Source: Candidatus Poribacteria bacterium
Lineage (GTDB): Bacteria; Poribacteria; WGA-4E; WGA-3G
Direction: 5' to 3'
Length of the DNA: 64,000 nt
Assembly (NCBI GenBank): GCA_965205015.1
Contig: OZ242029.1
Location: 3,456,001-3,520,000, forward strand
Below the pieces are notes generated by a model. The model was not told the DNA's origin. It made no database searches and worked only from the letters and a program-made list of their open reading frames with translations. Positions 27,412 through 37,230 of the stretch are shown here, piece by piece. Position 1 is the first letter of the stretch, and each line of letters begins with the position of its first letter. Both the position numbers and the translations under genes were made by a program.

Positions 27412-29864
27412 AGCACTTTTATCCCCATCATTTTCAAATGTGCCGCAACTTTTGTGCTATAGCCATCTACTGCCTGCTCCAAAGCCGACAACGGATTCGC
27501 GTAACGTTCTTCCAACTCCTTCACGCGTTCTGTGAGCACCTGAGTCAACCGCTGGACTTCCCCCTTAATCGCTGCGTGAATACTGGCGAACCACTTATCC
27601 GCAACCACAAGTATCTTGATGTCATTCTCAGTGAGCGTAGCGTAGCGCGCCAGCACCTGTTCATCGAGCGCGAGTTGAACATCTTTTATCGCTTTGTCTA
27701 CTTTCGACTTTGCATCGAGTAGCGATAGGCAGTGCTCAAGGGCATCCCGTTCATCGTCGTTGTCTTGTGTCTCGTGAAGAGTGAGCATATCGAGAGCAAG
27801 TGTCTTGAGTCGTGCCTTCACACTGCTGGCGGTGATATTATCACTATTGTTAGTTGCATCTGTGAGCAATCCCTCATCACCGGTGTGTTCCTCGATGTAT
27901 TCCTCTAACGCACTCACAGCCGCCGCTTGCCTCGCTTGCAACATCTCAATAGCTTCCTGCTCAGCCGGGAAATAGCGTGCTGCGATCAAGGCAGGCGGAA
28001 TCAGGTCCATCTTATATTTCTTTTTTTTAATGACAAGGTCGGGAGTCTCCTTCACCTGTCTGTCCTGAATCACTTCGCGCGGTTTTGCAGCTTCAACCCA
28101 TCCATCCGCAGCGATGAGATAAACGTCATCTTGCATCACCTCGTCCCAATAGTCCATCAGTTTCTGATAGACATCATAAGGATCGAGCAGCGGCAGTTCT
28201 GTGAACCTCTCTAACAGATCCTCTGAGAGCGTTTGAATGATTTCTCTCGGAGAAGCGTCAACCGCAATACCTGTCAGGAGAGGTTCGTGTAACTCGCGCC
28301 ACACCTGAAAGATAGTATCGACCTGCTGTTGATAAGTGTTGAATTCGGGATGCGTGAGGATAGTCGTTTTTACGTGCTGTGTTTCTACGAGTGGATCGCT
28401 ATAGCCGGGTCTACCGTTGGACCTGAACAAGGCGTTACGCAGTGTCGGAAAGACCTTCCAATAGTCGTTGAGTGCGTCGATATCGGTATCGGGAATACCA
28501 CCGTTGAGGTGTGCACCGAGGTCGTGCAAGTCTTCAGGTTCACTCGCATCAATATAGCGTGGGATATTCAGGTTATAGGCGTTGGCGGCATCAGCGATTT
28601 CAGAGAGTGGGACCATACGCGCGTAGCGCGGTAATTCCGTCTGTGCATTAAACACGGAAACGATTTTATGGATGTCCTGTGCGCGGAGTCGGTTTTTGTT
28701 GCCATCCTTAAGGAACCCTTTACTTGCATCAATCATAAAGAGACCAGTGCGATGTGTGGCGTTCTCCTTGTCAATAACAAGAATACAGGCAGGAATCCCA
28801 GTGCCGTAGAACAGGTTCGCGGGTAGACCGATGATGCCCTTGATATAACCGCGGCGGATAAGCTCCCTGCGAATGTCTGCCTCTCGGTTGCCGCGGAATA
28901 GCACGCCATGGGGTAAGATGATGGCACCTTTGCCCCTGCTTTTGAGGGACATAATGAAGTGGAGCAAAAAGGCATAATCGCCATTTTTCGCGGGCGGAAC
29001 CCCGTATTCAAAACGGTTGTAAACGTCATTCTCAGGGGTGAGTCCGTTGGTCCACGCTTTGTCCGAGAAAGGTGGATTGGCGACAGCGAAGTCGAAGGTT
29101 TTGAGACTATTATCCTCCGTAAAATCGGGTGTGGCGAGTGTGTTCCCGTGCCGTAGGTCCGCGGTGGCGTTGTCGTGGAGGATCATGTTCATACAGGCGA
29201 GTGCGTATGTGGCATTGTCCTTTTCTTGTCCGTAGATACTCAACCCGCGGGGTGCGGCATCAGCAGCCCGGAGCAGGAGTGAGCCGGAGCCGCAGGCAGG
29301 GTCGTAAATCGTTTCATCCTGCTGGGTGTTGGGACCGATACCGATGACCTGTGCCATGATACGGGAGACCTCAGCCGGTGTATAGAACTGCCCTTTGCTC
29401 TTACCGGATTCGGTGGCGAAGTGCTGCATGAGGTATTCGTAAGCATCGCCTAAGAGGTCGTCGCCTTCCACCCGATTCGCACGGAAATCGAGGCTCTCGA
29501 AGATGGCGACGAGTTTTGAGAGCCGATCCTGCATCTCTTTGCCTCTGCCGAGTTTACTGTCGTCGTTGAAATCCGCCTGATCGATGATGCCTTTGAGTTC
29601 GTTCTCCTCGGCGAGTCTTCCGATGATTTTGTTAATTTTGTCTCCGATCTCTTTATCGCCTTTGAGGTTGACCATATCGGCGAATCCACCGCCTTCGGGG
29701 ACAAAGATGAGCGAGTCGGGATCGCTGGCGGCTTTGTCGGAGACGTATTTCATGAAAAGAAGAGTCAAGATGTAATCTTTGTATTGGGAGGCATCCATCC
29801 CGCCGCGGAGTTCGTCGCAGCTTTGCCAAAGCGAAGCATAGAGTTGTGATTTCTTTATCGCCAT
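27408..29864 (-). CDS. hsdM: Type I R-M N6-adenine methyltransferase
   Basis: LRGGMDASQYKDY, GQFYTPAEVS, YDPACGSGSLL, ANPPFS, LPHGVLFRG, YNLNIPRYI. Confidence 0.97.
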   Translation of the reverse strand: MAIKKSQLYASLWQSCDELRGGMDASQYKDYILTLLFMKYVSDKAASDPDSLIFVPEGGGFADMVNLKGDKEIGDKINKIIGRLAEENELKGIIDQADFNDDSKLGRGKEMQDRLSKLVAIFESLDFRANRVEGDDLLGDAYEYLMQHFATESGKSKGQFYTPAEVSRIMAQVIGIGPNTQQDETIYDPACGSGSLLLRAADAAPRGLSIYGQEKDNATYALACMNMILHDNATADLRHGNTLATPDFTEDNSLKTFDFAVANPPFSDKAWTNGLTPENDVYNRFEYGVPPAKNGDYAFLLHFIMSLKSRGKGAIILPHGVLFRGNREADIRRELIRRGYIKGIIGLPANLFYGTGIPACILVIDKENATHRTGLFMIDASKGFLKDGNKNRLRAQDIHKIVSVFNAQTELPRYARMVPLSEIADAANAYNLNIPRYIDASEPEDLHDLGAHLNGGIPDTDIDALNDYWKVFPTLRNALFRSNGRPGYSDPLVETQHVKTTILTHPEFNTYQQQVDTIFQVWRELHEPLLTGIAVDASPREIIQTLSEDLLERFTELPLLDPYDVYQKLMDYWDEVMQDDVYLIAADGWVEAAKPREVIQDRQVKETPDLVIKKKKYKMDLIPPALIAARYFPAEQEAIEMLQARQAAAVSALEEYIEEHTGDEGLLTDATNNSDNITASSVKARLKTLALDMLTLHETQDNDDERDALEHCLSLLDAKSKVDKAIKDVQLALDEQVLARYATLTENDIKILVVADKWFASIHAAIKGEVQRLTQVLTERVKELEERYANPLSALEQAVDGYSTKVAAHLKMMGIKVL

Positions 29865-30060
29865 ACCTGAATCCTTTCTTGGGGTATTGGGGGAAGTATA
29901 CCAAAGGCGACTGATTAAGTCAACGGGTTTAGGTGGGTGTTAGGGAGTCATTCAGTTTTCGGTTTTCTGGTTGTTTTGGGCAGAGTATCGCGACCGGGAG
30001 GTCACTCCTACAGCAGAGGACTCAAGCAGAGTCGTGTATGATTATCTCTGCCCGTCTTTT

Positions 30061-30375
30061 TTAGAGGTTTAGCCATTGACGCACAGCATCTTCAACTGTG
30101 GATAATTGCGCAGGCTGAAGATTTCCCAATTTTCTCAAGAACTTTGCTTCTGATACTGTGACCAGACTTTGTGCATCGAAAACACCGGTATCCAGAAATC
30201 TCGTTTTTATAGGGATTTCAAATCTTGAACCACGCGCGCTCGTTGTATGCGTGACAACGGTGACGAGCGCGCGATCTTGGAGACGAGCAGGGATGCTAAT
30301 GACGAGGCAAGGTCTGACCTTGGCTACCATTCCGAGATCAACTCACCAGACTTCCCCTCGATTTTGCTTCGGCAT
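30061..30375 (-). pseudogene. PemK/MazF-family toxin with an in-frame TGA at codon 11
   Basis: ATG at 30375 gives MPKQNRGEVW*VDLGMVAKVRPCLVIS..., matching the RGEVW.VDL...K.RP.LV.S PemK motif. Stop at 30345-30343. Confidence 0.8.
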
Positions 30376-30559
30376 CCTCTGTCTCCATTTTGTCGTGTTC
30401 AGCGAAAAGTGCGTCAGCAATTTCCGTGAGTGCCTCGTCTGTCAAGGGTGGAATCTCCAGCAAAGCTACTTGCTTTATGATTTCAGAGGCGATCGCATGT
30501 TTTTCAATCTCAGGAAGTTGATTGAATGCTTCTAATATGTTCTGTGAGGTTGCATGCAT
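30338..30559 (-). CDS. Small acidic protein, putative antitoxin
   Basis: 73 aa, SD GGAGG, overlaps the start of the PemK/MazF gene. Confidence 0.65.
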   Translation of the reverse strand: MHATSQNILEAFNQLPEIEKHAIASEIIKQVALLEIPPLTDEALTEIADALFAEHDKMETEDAEAKSRGSLVS

Positions 30560-30579
30560 CCGGGACCTCCATAAATCCG

Positions 30580-31635
30580 CTACCAGTCCTCATCAAAGAA
30601 CGGAGTGCTGGGGTAGCTATAGACGTTGCCTTCGTAGTTGCGGAGTTGAATCTCGTCGTCATCGAAGGCGACAATTGGATCCGGGATCAGCGCAATTTTT
30701 CCGCCGCCACCGGGGGCATCCACAACGTAATGCGGCACACCGAGCCCAGAGATATGTCCGCGCAACGCCGCGACGATATCTAAACCCGCCTGGACCGCCG
30801 TCCGGAAATGGTCGGTACCCACGATAAGATCCGCTTGATAGATATAGTAGGGCTTGACTCGGATACGCAACAACCCTTTCATCAGTTCCACCATCACGTC
30901 GGGATCGTCGTTCACACCTTTCAGGAGTACTGCCTGGTTACCGAGGGGGATGCCTGCATCGGCTAACATGCCGCACGCCTTCTCGGTTTCAGGTGTAATC
31001 TCGCGGGGATGGTTGAAATGGGTGTTGATATAGAAGGGATGATACTGTTTCAGGATCGCACACAGCTCGGGCGTGATACGTTGCGGCAGCGTTACCGGAA
31101 CACGCGAACCGATCCGAATGATTTCCAAATGTTTAATCGCTCGGAGTCCCCCGACAATCATGTCAATTTTCTTATCCGTCAACATGAGCGGATCGCCACC
31201 GGAGATGATGACATCACGGATCTCTGGATGCGCCTGAATATAGGCGAGTCCTGTCTCAATGTTATCTTCGGAAATGGAGTGTGGGTCCCCGACTTTCCGT
31301 TTCCGAGTGCAGAAACGGCAATAGATGGGACACATGTAATTGACATAGAAGAGTGCGCGATCGGGGTATCGATGCGTTACGTTTGGCACTTCGCTGTCGT
31401 CTTCTTCGTGAAGTGGGTCCTCTACACCGGTACTTATCAATTCTCTTGGGTCGGGAACGACCTGCTTCCAAATCGGATCACCGGGTTCTTCTATGAGACT
31501 CAGGTAATACGGATTGATGCGGATCGGGAACTCTTTGTGAATCCGCCGCATCTCCTCTAAGTCAACATCGAATGCGGCGGCAAGTTTTTCTGGGGTGTTG
31601 ACAGTATCTCTAACAAGACGTTTCCATTCTTCCAT
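30580..31635 (-). CDS. KamA-family radical SAM aminomutase (lysine 2,3-aminomutase-like)
   Basis: THRYPDR, CPIYCRFCTRKR, SGGDPL, THFNHPRE, NQAVLLKGVND, DAPGGGGK. Start taken at MEEWK. Confidence 0.92.
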   Translation of the reverse strand: MEEWKRLVRDTVNTPEKLAAAFDVDLEEMRRIHKEFPIRINPYYLSLIEEPGDPIWKQVVPDPRELISTGVEDPLHEEDDSEVPNVTHRYPDRALFYVNYMCPIYCRFCTRKRKVGDPHSISEDNIETGLAYIQAHPEIRDVIISGGDPLMLTDKKIDMIVGGLRAIKHLEIIRIGSRVPVTLPQRITPELCAILKQYHPFYINTHFNHPREITPETEKACGMLADAGIPLGNQAVLLKGVNDDPDVMVELMKGLLRIRVKPYYIYQADLIVGTDHFRTAVQAGLDIVAALRGHISGLGVPHYVVDAPGGGGKIALIPDPIVAFDDDEIQLRNYEGNVYSYPSTPFFDEDW

Positions 31636-31691
31636 ATATGATGTCCATCCTTTCCAAATTTCCACTTAAAGGTACTACTACTGTTTCAAGT

Positions 31692-31800
31692 TTGCGTTTG
31701 AGGGTAGGTTCGTAGTCGTGCGATTTATCGCACGGCCTGAAAGCGCAATGAATTGCGCGACTACAAACCAGATTTACCTTCAATTTAAAACTGGATAAAG
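31692..31800. repeat. REP pair / MITE-like repeat
   Basis: gtagtcgtgcgatttatcgcacg ... gcgcaatgaattgcgcgactac. Similar hairpins at 25756-25815. Confidence 0.55.
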
Positions 31801-31802
31801 TC

Positions 31803-32336
31803 TTACGGTGCTACTGCGTAATTTTCGATCGTCACTCTGTCCATAACATCACGTTCACGGAGTGCGTCTACTACATCCAGTCCTTCAATAACTTTGCCAA
31901 ACGTGGTGTAGCTGCCGTTTAGATGTGCATAAGGTGTTGGATCTGAACTGATGCAAATATAAAATTGGCTTCCAGCGGAGTCAGGGTTCTGTGTCCGTGC
32001 CATCGCAATAACACCCTTTTCATGAACTGGCATCTTATCGCGGAGTTCTGGATCTTGGAACTCACCCGGGATTGTCCATCCGGGTCCGCCTCTCCCCGTT
32101 CCTTCTGGATCGCCGCCTTGGATAACAAACCCCGGGACGTATCGATGGAAGCTCACACCATCGTAGTATCCTGCTTCGATGAGTCTCGCGAAATTCTCTA
32201 CTGTGGTTGGAGCCGCCTCCGGGTAAAGTTCGATAATGATGTTTCCTTTTTCAGTTTCAATCGTTACATAAGGCAGTTGATTGTTATTGCATGAAATAAC
32301 CGCCGCGAAAAACGCGCTTAATAAACTAAATCGCAT
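31803..32336 (-). CDS. Cyclophilin-type peptidyl-prolyl isomerase, possibly a lipoprotein
   Basis: YDGVSFHRYVPGFVIQGGDP, MART..PDSAGSQFYI, YTTFGKV. Confidence 0.95.
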   Translation of the reverse strand: MRFSLLSAFFAAVISCNNNQLPYVTIETEKGNIIIELYPEAAPTTVENFARLIEAGYYDGVSFHRYVPGFVIQGGDPEGTGRGGPGWTIPGEFQDPELRDKMPVHEKGVIAMARTQNPDSAGSQFYICISSDPTPYAHLNGSYTTFGKVIEGLDVVDALRERDVMDRVTIENYAVAP

Positions 32337-32471
32337 AATTGTGGTGTGAAAATTTGGATGTCTTCACGAATTCCTTTTTAAGTTTTATCAAAAATTTCTG
32401 ACGAGTGCCCGCTTAGCGAGAGTAAATTCGGGCATAAGTGAGGCTGTCGTCGGAGTACAAAGTTGGTATAC

Positions 32472-32500
32472 ATTATACACGGATTTGCGCATAAAGTCAA
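32472..32500 (-). promoter_or_regulatory. sigma70-type promoter for the cyclophilin gene
   Basis: Minus strand TTGACT-N17-TATAAT with TG directly upstream of the -10. Confidence 0.6.
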
Positions 32501-32637
32501 GCAGAATTTTAAAGGGATTCGATTGCTGTAGGCTTTGTATTTTTTCGCGGAAAAACGGGACGGTTTGCAACAGATATGGGTAGGGACCTGTTTTTGGCAG
32601 GGGAAAACAAGGAATTTCTAACTACTGGCAATTCACC

Positions 32638-32666
32638 TTGAAACCGCCTGTCGGACATGGTATTCT
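32638..32666 (+). promoter_or_regulatory. sigma70-type promoter for disA
   Basis: TTGAAA-N17-TATTCT with an extended -10 TG. Confidence 0.4.
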
Positions 32667-32678
32667 ATTAATAGGGGG

Positions 32679-33789
32679 GTGGTTGCAGTGCAAAACATCT
32701 CAACGGAAAATCAAAAAACATGTGAACTCTTTACGGCACTGAAGTTGCTATCGCCGGGGACCTATCTGAGGGAAGGTATTGATTATATCATCCAGAGTAA
32801 AACCGGTGGGCTGATCGTCTTGGGCGATACACCAGAGATTCTGGATTTGACAGAAGGCGGCTTCCGGATTAATTGCCCCTATACGCCGACAGGCTTGTAT
32901 GAGTTGTCGAAGATGGATGGAGCGATTATTCTTTCTGAAGATGTAGAACGCATCGTGCGTGCGAATGTAACGTTGAGAACAAGCCCGACGATTCCCTCTA
33001 ATGAGACAGGACTCCGCCACCGCTCGGCGGATAAATTCGCAAGACAGACTGAACATATTGTCCTCGCGGTATCCCGAAGCCGCAATACGCTTACCCTGTA
33101 TTTCAAAGATCAGCACTATATTTTCCGAGAACGTCCTTACACTGCTTTCCGGTGCCAATCAAACGATGCTTGTGCTGACGCAGCACCTCAAAGCACTGCA
33201 AAATGCCGTTGCCATTCTGAATTGGGCTGAACTCAGTGGGAATGTCACCTTAGCGAATGTCGTTGCAGCGATCCAATTGTGTGAACGTGTCCGCCGTGCT
33301 GAGCAGGAATTGGACCGTTACAGAATCGAGTTAGGCGCACAGGCGCAATCGCTGCAATATGTTATTCCCGAACTCACATCTGAAATTGAGAGTGGACTTC
33401 TAATTATAAAAGACTACTATCATGCGCGTCTACCTGACGCATCCGACGCGTTTGAGGCAATTTTGGGGCTTGATGCACAGAGCCTCACAGACCAGCGTAA
33501 TATTGGTGAGGCTTTAGGATACTCGCGGGATGTACGGGACACTTTCGAAATCATTGAACCACGCGGGTATCGAATGCTCAGCCGAGTCCCTCGTATTCCC
33601 TTCAGTATTATTGAAAATATCGTTCATAAATTTAAGACATTGGATCGGGTGAACACAGCCGTTGTTGGTGAACTCCAAGTAGTTGAGGGCGTTGGGAAAG
33701 CACGGGCATCGGCAATCAAGAACGCACTCGCACACATGAAATCTACATCTGTCCAACCTGAAGTTCTGGCGTTGTCTGTATTTGACTGA
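32679..33789 (+). pseudogene. disA: DNA integrity scanning diadenylate cyclase DisA, split by a frameshift near 33125
   Basis: First frame has the DAC domain (LYELSKMDGA, ETGLRHR). Second frame has the linker (LLSGANQ), PRGYRMLSRVPRIP and the HhH VEGVGKARA. Removing one C from TTTTCCGAG joins the frames. Confidence 0.85.
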
Positions 33790-34026
33790 ATAAAAAGACA
33801 AATTTATTATCACACGGTGGTTGTTTTTAGCAACGAATGGTGAATTAAAAGCACATCGCGCACCGCAGTTTTTGTGTATGGTGACCCAAATTACGACTTA
33901 ATAGATTTTAGGACTTTTGTTTGGGTATTTCTGCGGATTTCTGCGGATTTAAACACAGATTTTTCAAGGAAATGTATCTTTTCACACCCAGTGGGGTGTT
34001 AGGTTTATAGAAAAAGGAGTTACAAA

Positions 34027-35355
34027 ATGAAACGGTTCATCGCTTTAGCACGGAGAGGGAACGTCACCCCCAGTGGGATTTTATTCATTGGGATGTTTCT
34101 CGTTTCGTTCGGTTTAGTAGGATGTGGCGGAAAACTCGGAAAAATAGAAACATCAGCAGTGGATACAGCAATCGCGGACGCCGAGACGGCTCTTGCAGCG
34201 GCAGCAGACGTTGATGCACCGACACTCGCTTCGGATGCGTTTGAGACCGCAAAAACGAACCTTGCGGCTGCAAAAACAGCACGCGATGAGAAAAAGGGCA
34301 ACGATGCCCTCCGGCTCGCGTATCAAGCGATAGCTGATGCTACACTTGCTCGAACGAATTCCCTGAATATTACCAAAAACTCAGAATTGAATGCATCTAT
34401 GCTTCAGAAAGAGGCTGAAGCAGAATCCCTCCGCGCGACTGTTGACAGTAAAAAAGAGGAACTCGCAGGGCTTCACTCCGAGATGCAAGACATCCAGAGC
34501 GATCACAAGCGGCTGAAACAGACCGTTCGCGATCTCCAGAAAGAGAATCGTGAGTTGGGCGATACACGGGCAGCCTATGGCGAGCAAGTGGCACAACTCT
34601 CTGACACTTTAGAGGAGATTCGGGGACGTGCTCGAACGGCGGAAACTGAGATCCGTAACTATGGGAGAGAGGTCGCCGAACTCCGTCGGAAACTTGAGGT
34701 TGCTGACAGAAGGGTGCAAGAGGAAGGATATCAGAAACGGGCGGTTATCGCTGAGATAGATTCCCTTAAAAGACAACTCCGCGAACAGGCGCAAATCTAT
34801 ACTGAGAAACTCGTAGAAGCCAACCAGCAAAATGCGGGGGAAAAGCATGCGGAATATCTCAAACAGAAAGCACAAGAGGCGCGGGCGTATGTTGAGAGTC
34901 AACCTTCGCTCCATCCTACGAAGACGGGACGCATTTCCCTCTCAGCAGAACAGATCGCAGCGGGTAAGATAGCACTTCGTAATTGGGAGCGCGCATGGCA
35001 TGCGAACGACCTCAATGGACATCTCGCCTATTATGAACCTAATATTATTGCCGATAAAGTCGTGATTCACGAGAGTAAAGAACATCGAAGTAAAATCGAT
35101 CTCCAGCAACTCGAAGCAGATCTTCACCAGATGAGCACCCACACGTGGAACAAAGCGAAAATCGATACCGAGGTCGAAGGGGAAAGCGTTATCGGGATCC
35201 ATCGGCTGACCCGGTTGGCGATGCCAGCAGCGGACGAGAACGCCACAGAACTCTACAATATTTGGATTCGCGAAGTCTGGATGCATCCAGTGGGTAACGA
35301 CTGGAGAATTCATCACGAAATCTGGCAAGTCTATGAAAACGTACCAAATTTCTAA
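34027..35355 (+). CDS. Lipoprotein with DUF4398-like helical domain, coiled coil and C-terminal NTF2/SnoaL-like domain
   Basis: Lipobox LVGC, Ala-rich helix pair, heptad region, WERAW...DL..HLAYY...WRIHHEIW. Confidence 0.7.
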   Translation: MKRFIALARRGNVTPSGILFIGMFLVSFGLVGCGGKLGKIETSAVDTAIADAETALAAAADVDAPTLASDAFETAKTNLAAAKTARDEKKGNDALRLAYQAIADATLARTNSLNITKNSELNASMLQKEAEAESLRATVDSKKEELAGLHSEMQDIQSDHKRLKQTVRDLQKENRELGDTRAAYGEQVAQLSDTLEEIRGRARTAETEIRNYGREVAELRRKLEVADRRVQEEGYQKRAVIAEIDSLKRQLREQAQIYTEKLVEANQQNAGEKHAEYLKQKAQEARAYVESQPSLHPTKTGRISLSAEQIAAGKIALRNWERAWHANDLNGHLAYYEPNIIADKVVIHESKEHRSKIDLQQLEADLHQMSTHTWNKAKIDTEVEGESVIGIHRLTRLAMPAADENATELYNIWIREVWMHPVGNDWRIHHEIWQVYENVPNF

Positions 35356-35374
35356 TTTTTGGGGAGGTTAAATT

Positions 35375-36781
35375 GTGAACGACGCACAGAACCGGCAAAA
35401 CAACCAGGAGAAATTTACTATACCCCGGAACCTGCTGTGGGGGGGTGCGATTGCAGCAATCGTCATCGCTTTTGTTCTCTTTCTCGTGATCTTCATGAGT
35501 TCCAGCGAGACCCCTACAGCCTTTTTGGTGAAATGGAAAAGCGCACTTGAATCTGGCGATCCACAACGGTATGAAGCCCTCTGGGTGAAAAGTGCACGAC
35601 AACGGTCGGGTACAGGGTATCAGAGTACTGTCAGACTCCTAAGAGATAACGTAAATTTTGAAGTTGACCTCGGCGGTGCCAGTCAACCCTATCGAGTCCC
35701 TCGCTATGCGAACCGCTTCCGGATTGAGGGGATTCCTCTCACGGCTTATTATCCGGGCGAAGCGCAACAGGAGTTGCGGAATCTTACTATTGAAAAGAAA
35801 GGGATTATTCAACAGCGGTGGAAAATAGTCCACGAGGAGATCGTCGGGAGTGAATTCGCTCCGACAGTGTCGACCTCTGGTTCCACGCAACGCCCCGGAG
35901 TTACAGAACAGCCCAAGAGTCCTGTCGTCCCGCTCGTGAAGGCTTGGAAGACTGCCTTAGAGGGTCAGGATTTAAAGGCGTATACGAACTTATGGGATAA
36001 ATCCTCTCGGAAAAAACGCACCTCAAGTTTTGCACGTGCCAAGGATCTGATGTCGCAAACCCATATTGTCGATCTCGCTGGGGCTACCTATACTGCCGTG
36101 CCACGATACAAAAACCGGCACATCGTTGACAACATTCAGGTAACTTTGCAAGATGGTGGTGATATCATTGGGACCCACACCCGCACACTCACAATTGAGA
36201 AAAAAGGGTTTTTCAGACGAAAATGGAAACTCATGAACGATCAGATCAATGTGGTGTCTGATGCAATCGCACTCGCACCGGAGGTACCGGGCGTGGACAC
36301 TGTCTCTGGTAAGGAATCCGGGGGCACTTTCGATGGAAATGCGCCATTGGATACGCACCTCAAAGTGAGACAAGTATTAGGGAAATGGCAGGCAGCATGG
36401 GAAGAAAAGGACCTGAATACCTACATGTCTATCTATTCGGCGCAAGCACAAATTACTCGCGTGAGCGTCAGGGACGGAAGGGAAACTTCGGTCTATCTGA
36501 CAAAAGGGCAACTCCGTGCCAAAATGCGGAAACTCAACACGATATATGCTGACATCCAGGTCTCTATCTCTAATTTACAGATTAATGGGGATCGGGCAGT
36601 CGCAGATGTGAAGTTTCTACAAAAATTTACTGGCACGCCGGCGAGTGGTAGCCGACCCGCTTACTCCGATTACGGTACTAAAAAACTCAATCTCATGGTA
36701 GATCCCACTGACGGACACTGGCGCATTTACGCTGAGACGTGGAGTCGATACGAGGATGTACCGGATTTTCCAAAGATGTAG
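35375..36781 (+). CDS. Membrane-anchored protein with three NTF2-like repeats
   Basis: N-terminal TM. Repeats W(K/Q).A.E..D...Y...(W/Y)...W(K/R)(I/L)..(E/D). Last repeat has YSDYGTKKL. Confidence 0.65.
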   Translation: MNDAQNRQNNQEKFTIPRNLLWGGAIAAIVIAFVLFLVIFMSSSETPTAFLVKWKSALESGDPQRYEALWVKSARQRSGTGYQSTVRLLRDNVNFEVDLGGASQPYRVPRYANRFRIEGIPLTAYYPGEAQQELRNLTIEKKGIIQQRWKIVHEEIVGSEFAPTVSTSGSTQRPGVTEQPKSPVVPLVKAWKTALEGQDLKAYTNLWDKSSRKKRTSSFARAKDLMSQTHIVDLAGATYTAVPRYKNRHIVDNIQVTLQDGGDIIGTHTRTLTIEKKGFFRRKWKLMNDQINVVSDAIALAPEVPGVDTVSGKESGGTFDGNAPLDTHLKVRQVLGKWQAAWEEKDLNTYMSIYSAQAQITRVSVRDGRETSVYLTKGQLRAKMRKLNTIYADIQVSISNLQINGDRAVADVKFLQKFTGTPASGSRPAYSDYGTKKLNLMVDPTDGHWRIYAETWSRYEDVPDFPKM

Positions 36782-36820
36782 GCTGAATGGCTGTCAGCAC
36801 TGATAACCGTTAACCTTAAA

Positions 36821-37228
36821 ATGCACACCGAGTATCGAACCAAACGCAAAATCGAGTTCGCTGATACCGATATGGCGGGTATCGTCCATTTTACACGATT
36901 TTTTGTCTTTATGGAGACGGCGGAACACGAATTCCTCCGGAGTTTAGGGACAAGTGTTGCCACGGAATGGAACGGAGATAAGATCGGATGGCCCCGACTC
37001 GCGGCTTCGTGTGAATACTTAAGCCCACTCCGATTTGAGGATGAGGTAGACATTCGCCTCAGTGTTATCAAAAAGGGGACGAAGTCCCTCACCTACGAAT
37101 TCCATTTTACGCATCAAGGAAAAGACATCGCGCGTGGACAGATCACGACGGTTTGTTGTGTAACGAACCCCGATGAAAAACTACGCGCAATTCCTATCCC
37201 AGATTTCATCGCAGATCAGATTTTTTAA
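36821..37228 (+). CDS. Acyl-CoA thioesterase (4HBT/YbgC hotdog fold)
   Basis: FADTDMAGIVHF, CEYLSPLRFED. Confidence 0.92.
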   Translation: MHTEYRTKRKIEFADTDMAGIVHFTRFFVFMETAEHEFLRSLGTSVATEWNGDKIGWPRLAASCEYLSPLRFEDEVDIRLSVIKKGTKSLTYEFHFTHQGKDIARGQITTVCCVTNPDEKLRAIPIPDFIADQIF

Positions 37229-37230
37229 TT

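Noticed and set aside
30343-30345. Selenocysteine or TGA recoding in the MazF-like gene
   Set aside because: The position is a hydrophobic beta-strand residue, not a Cys site. No SECIS was recognised, and TGA is used as a normal stop elsewhere in the window.
33115-33135. Programmed ribosomal frameshift in disA
   Set aside because: No canonical slippery heptamer or stimulatory structure seen. A single-base indel (mutation or assembly error) is simpler.
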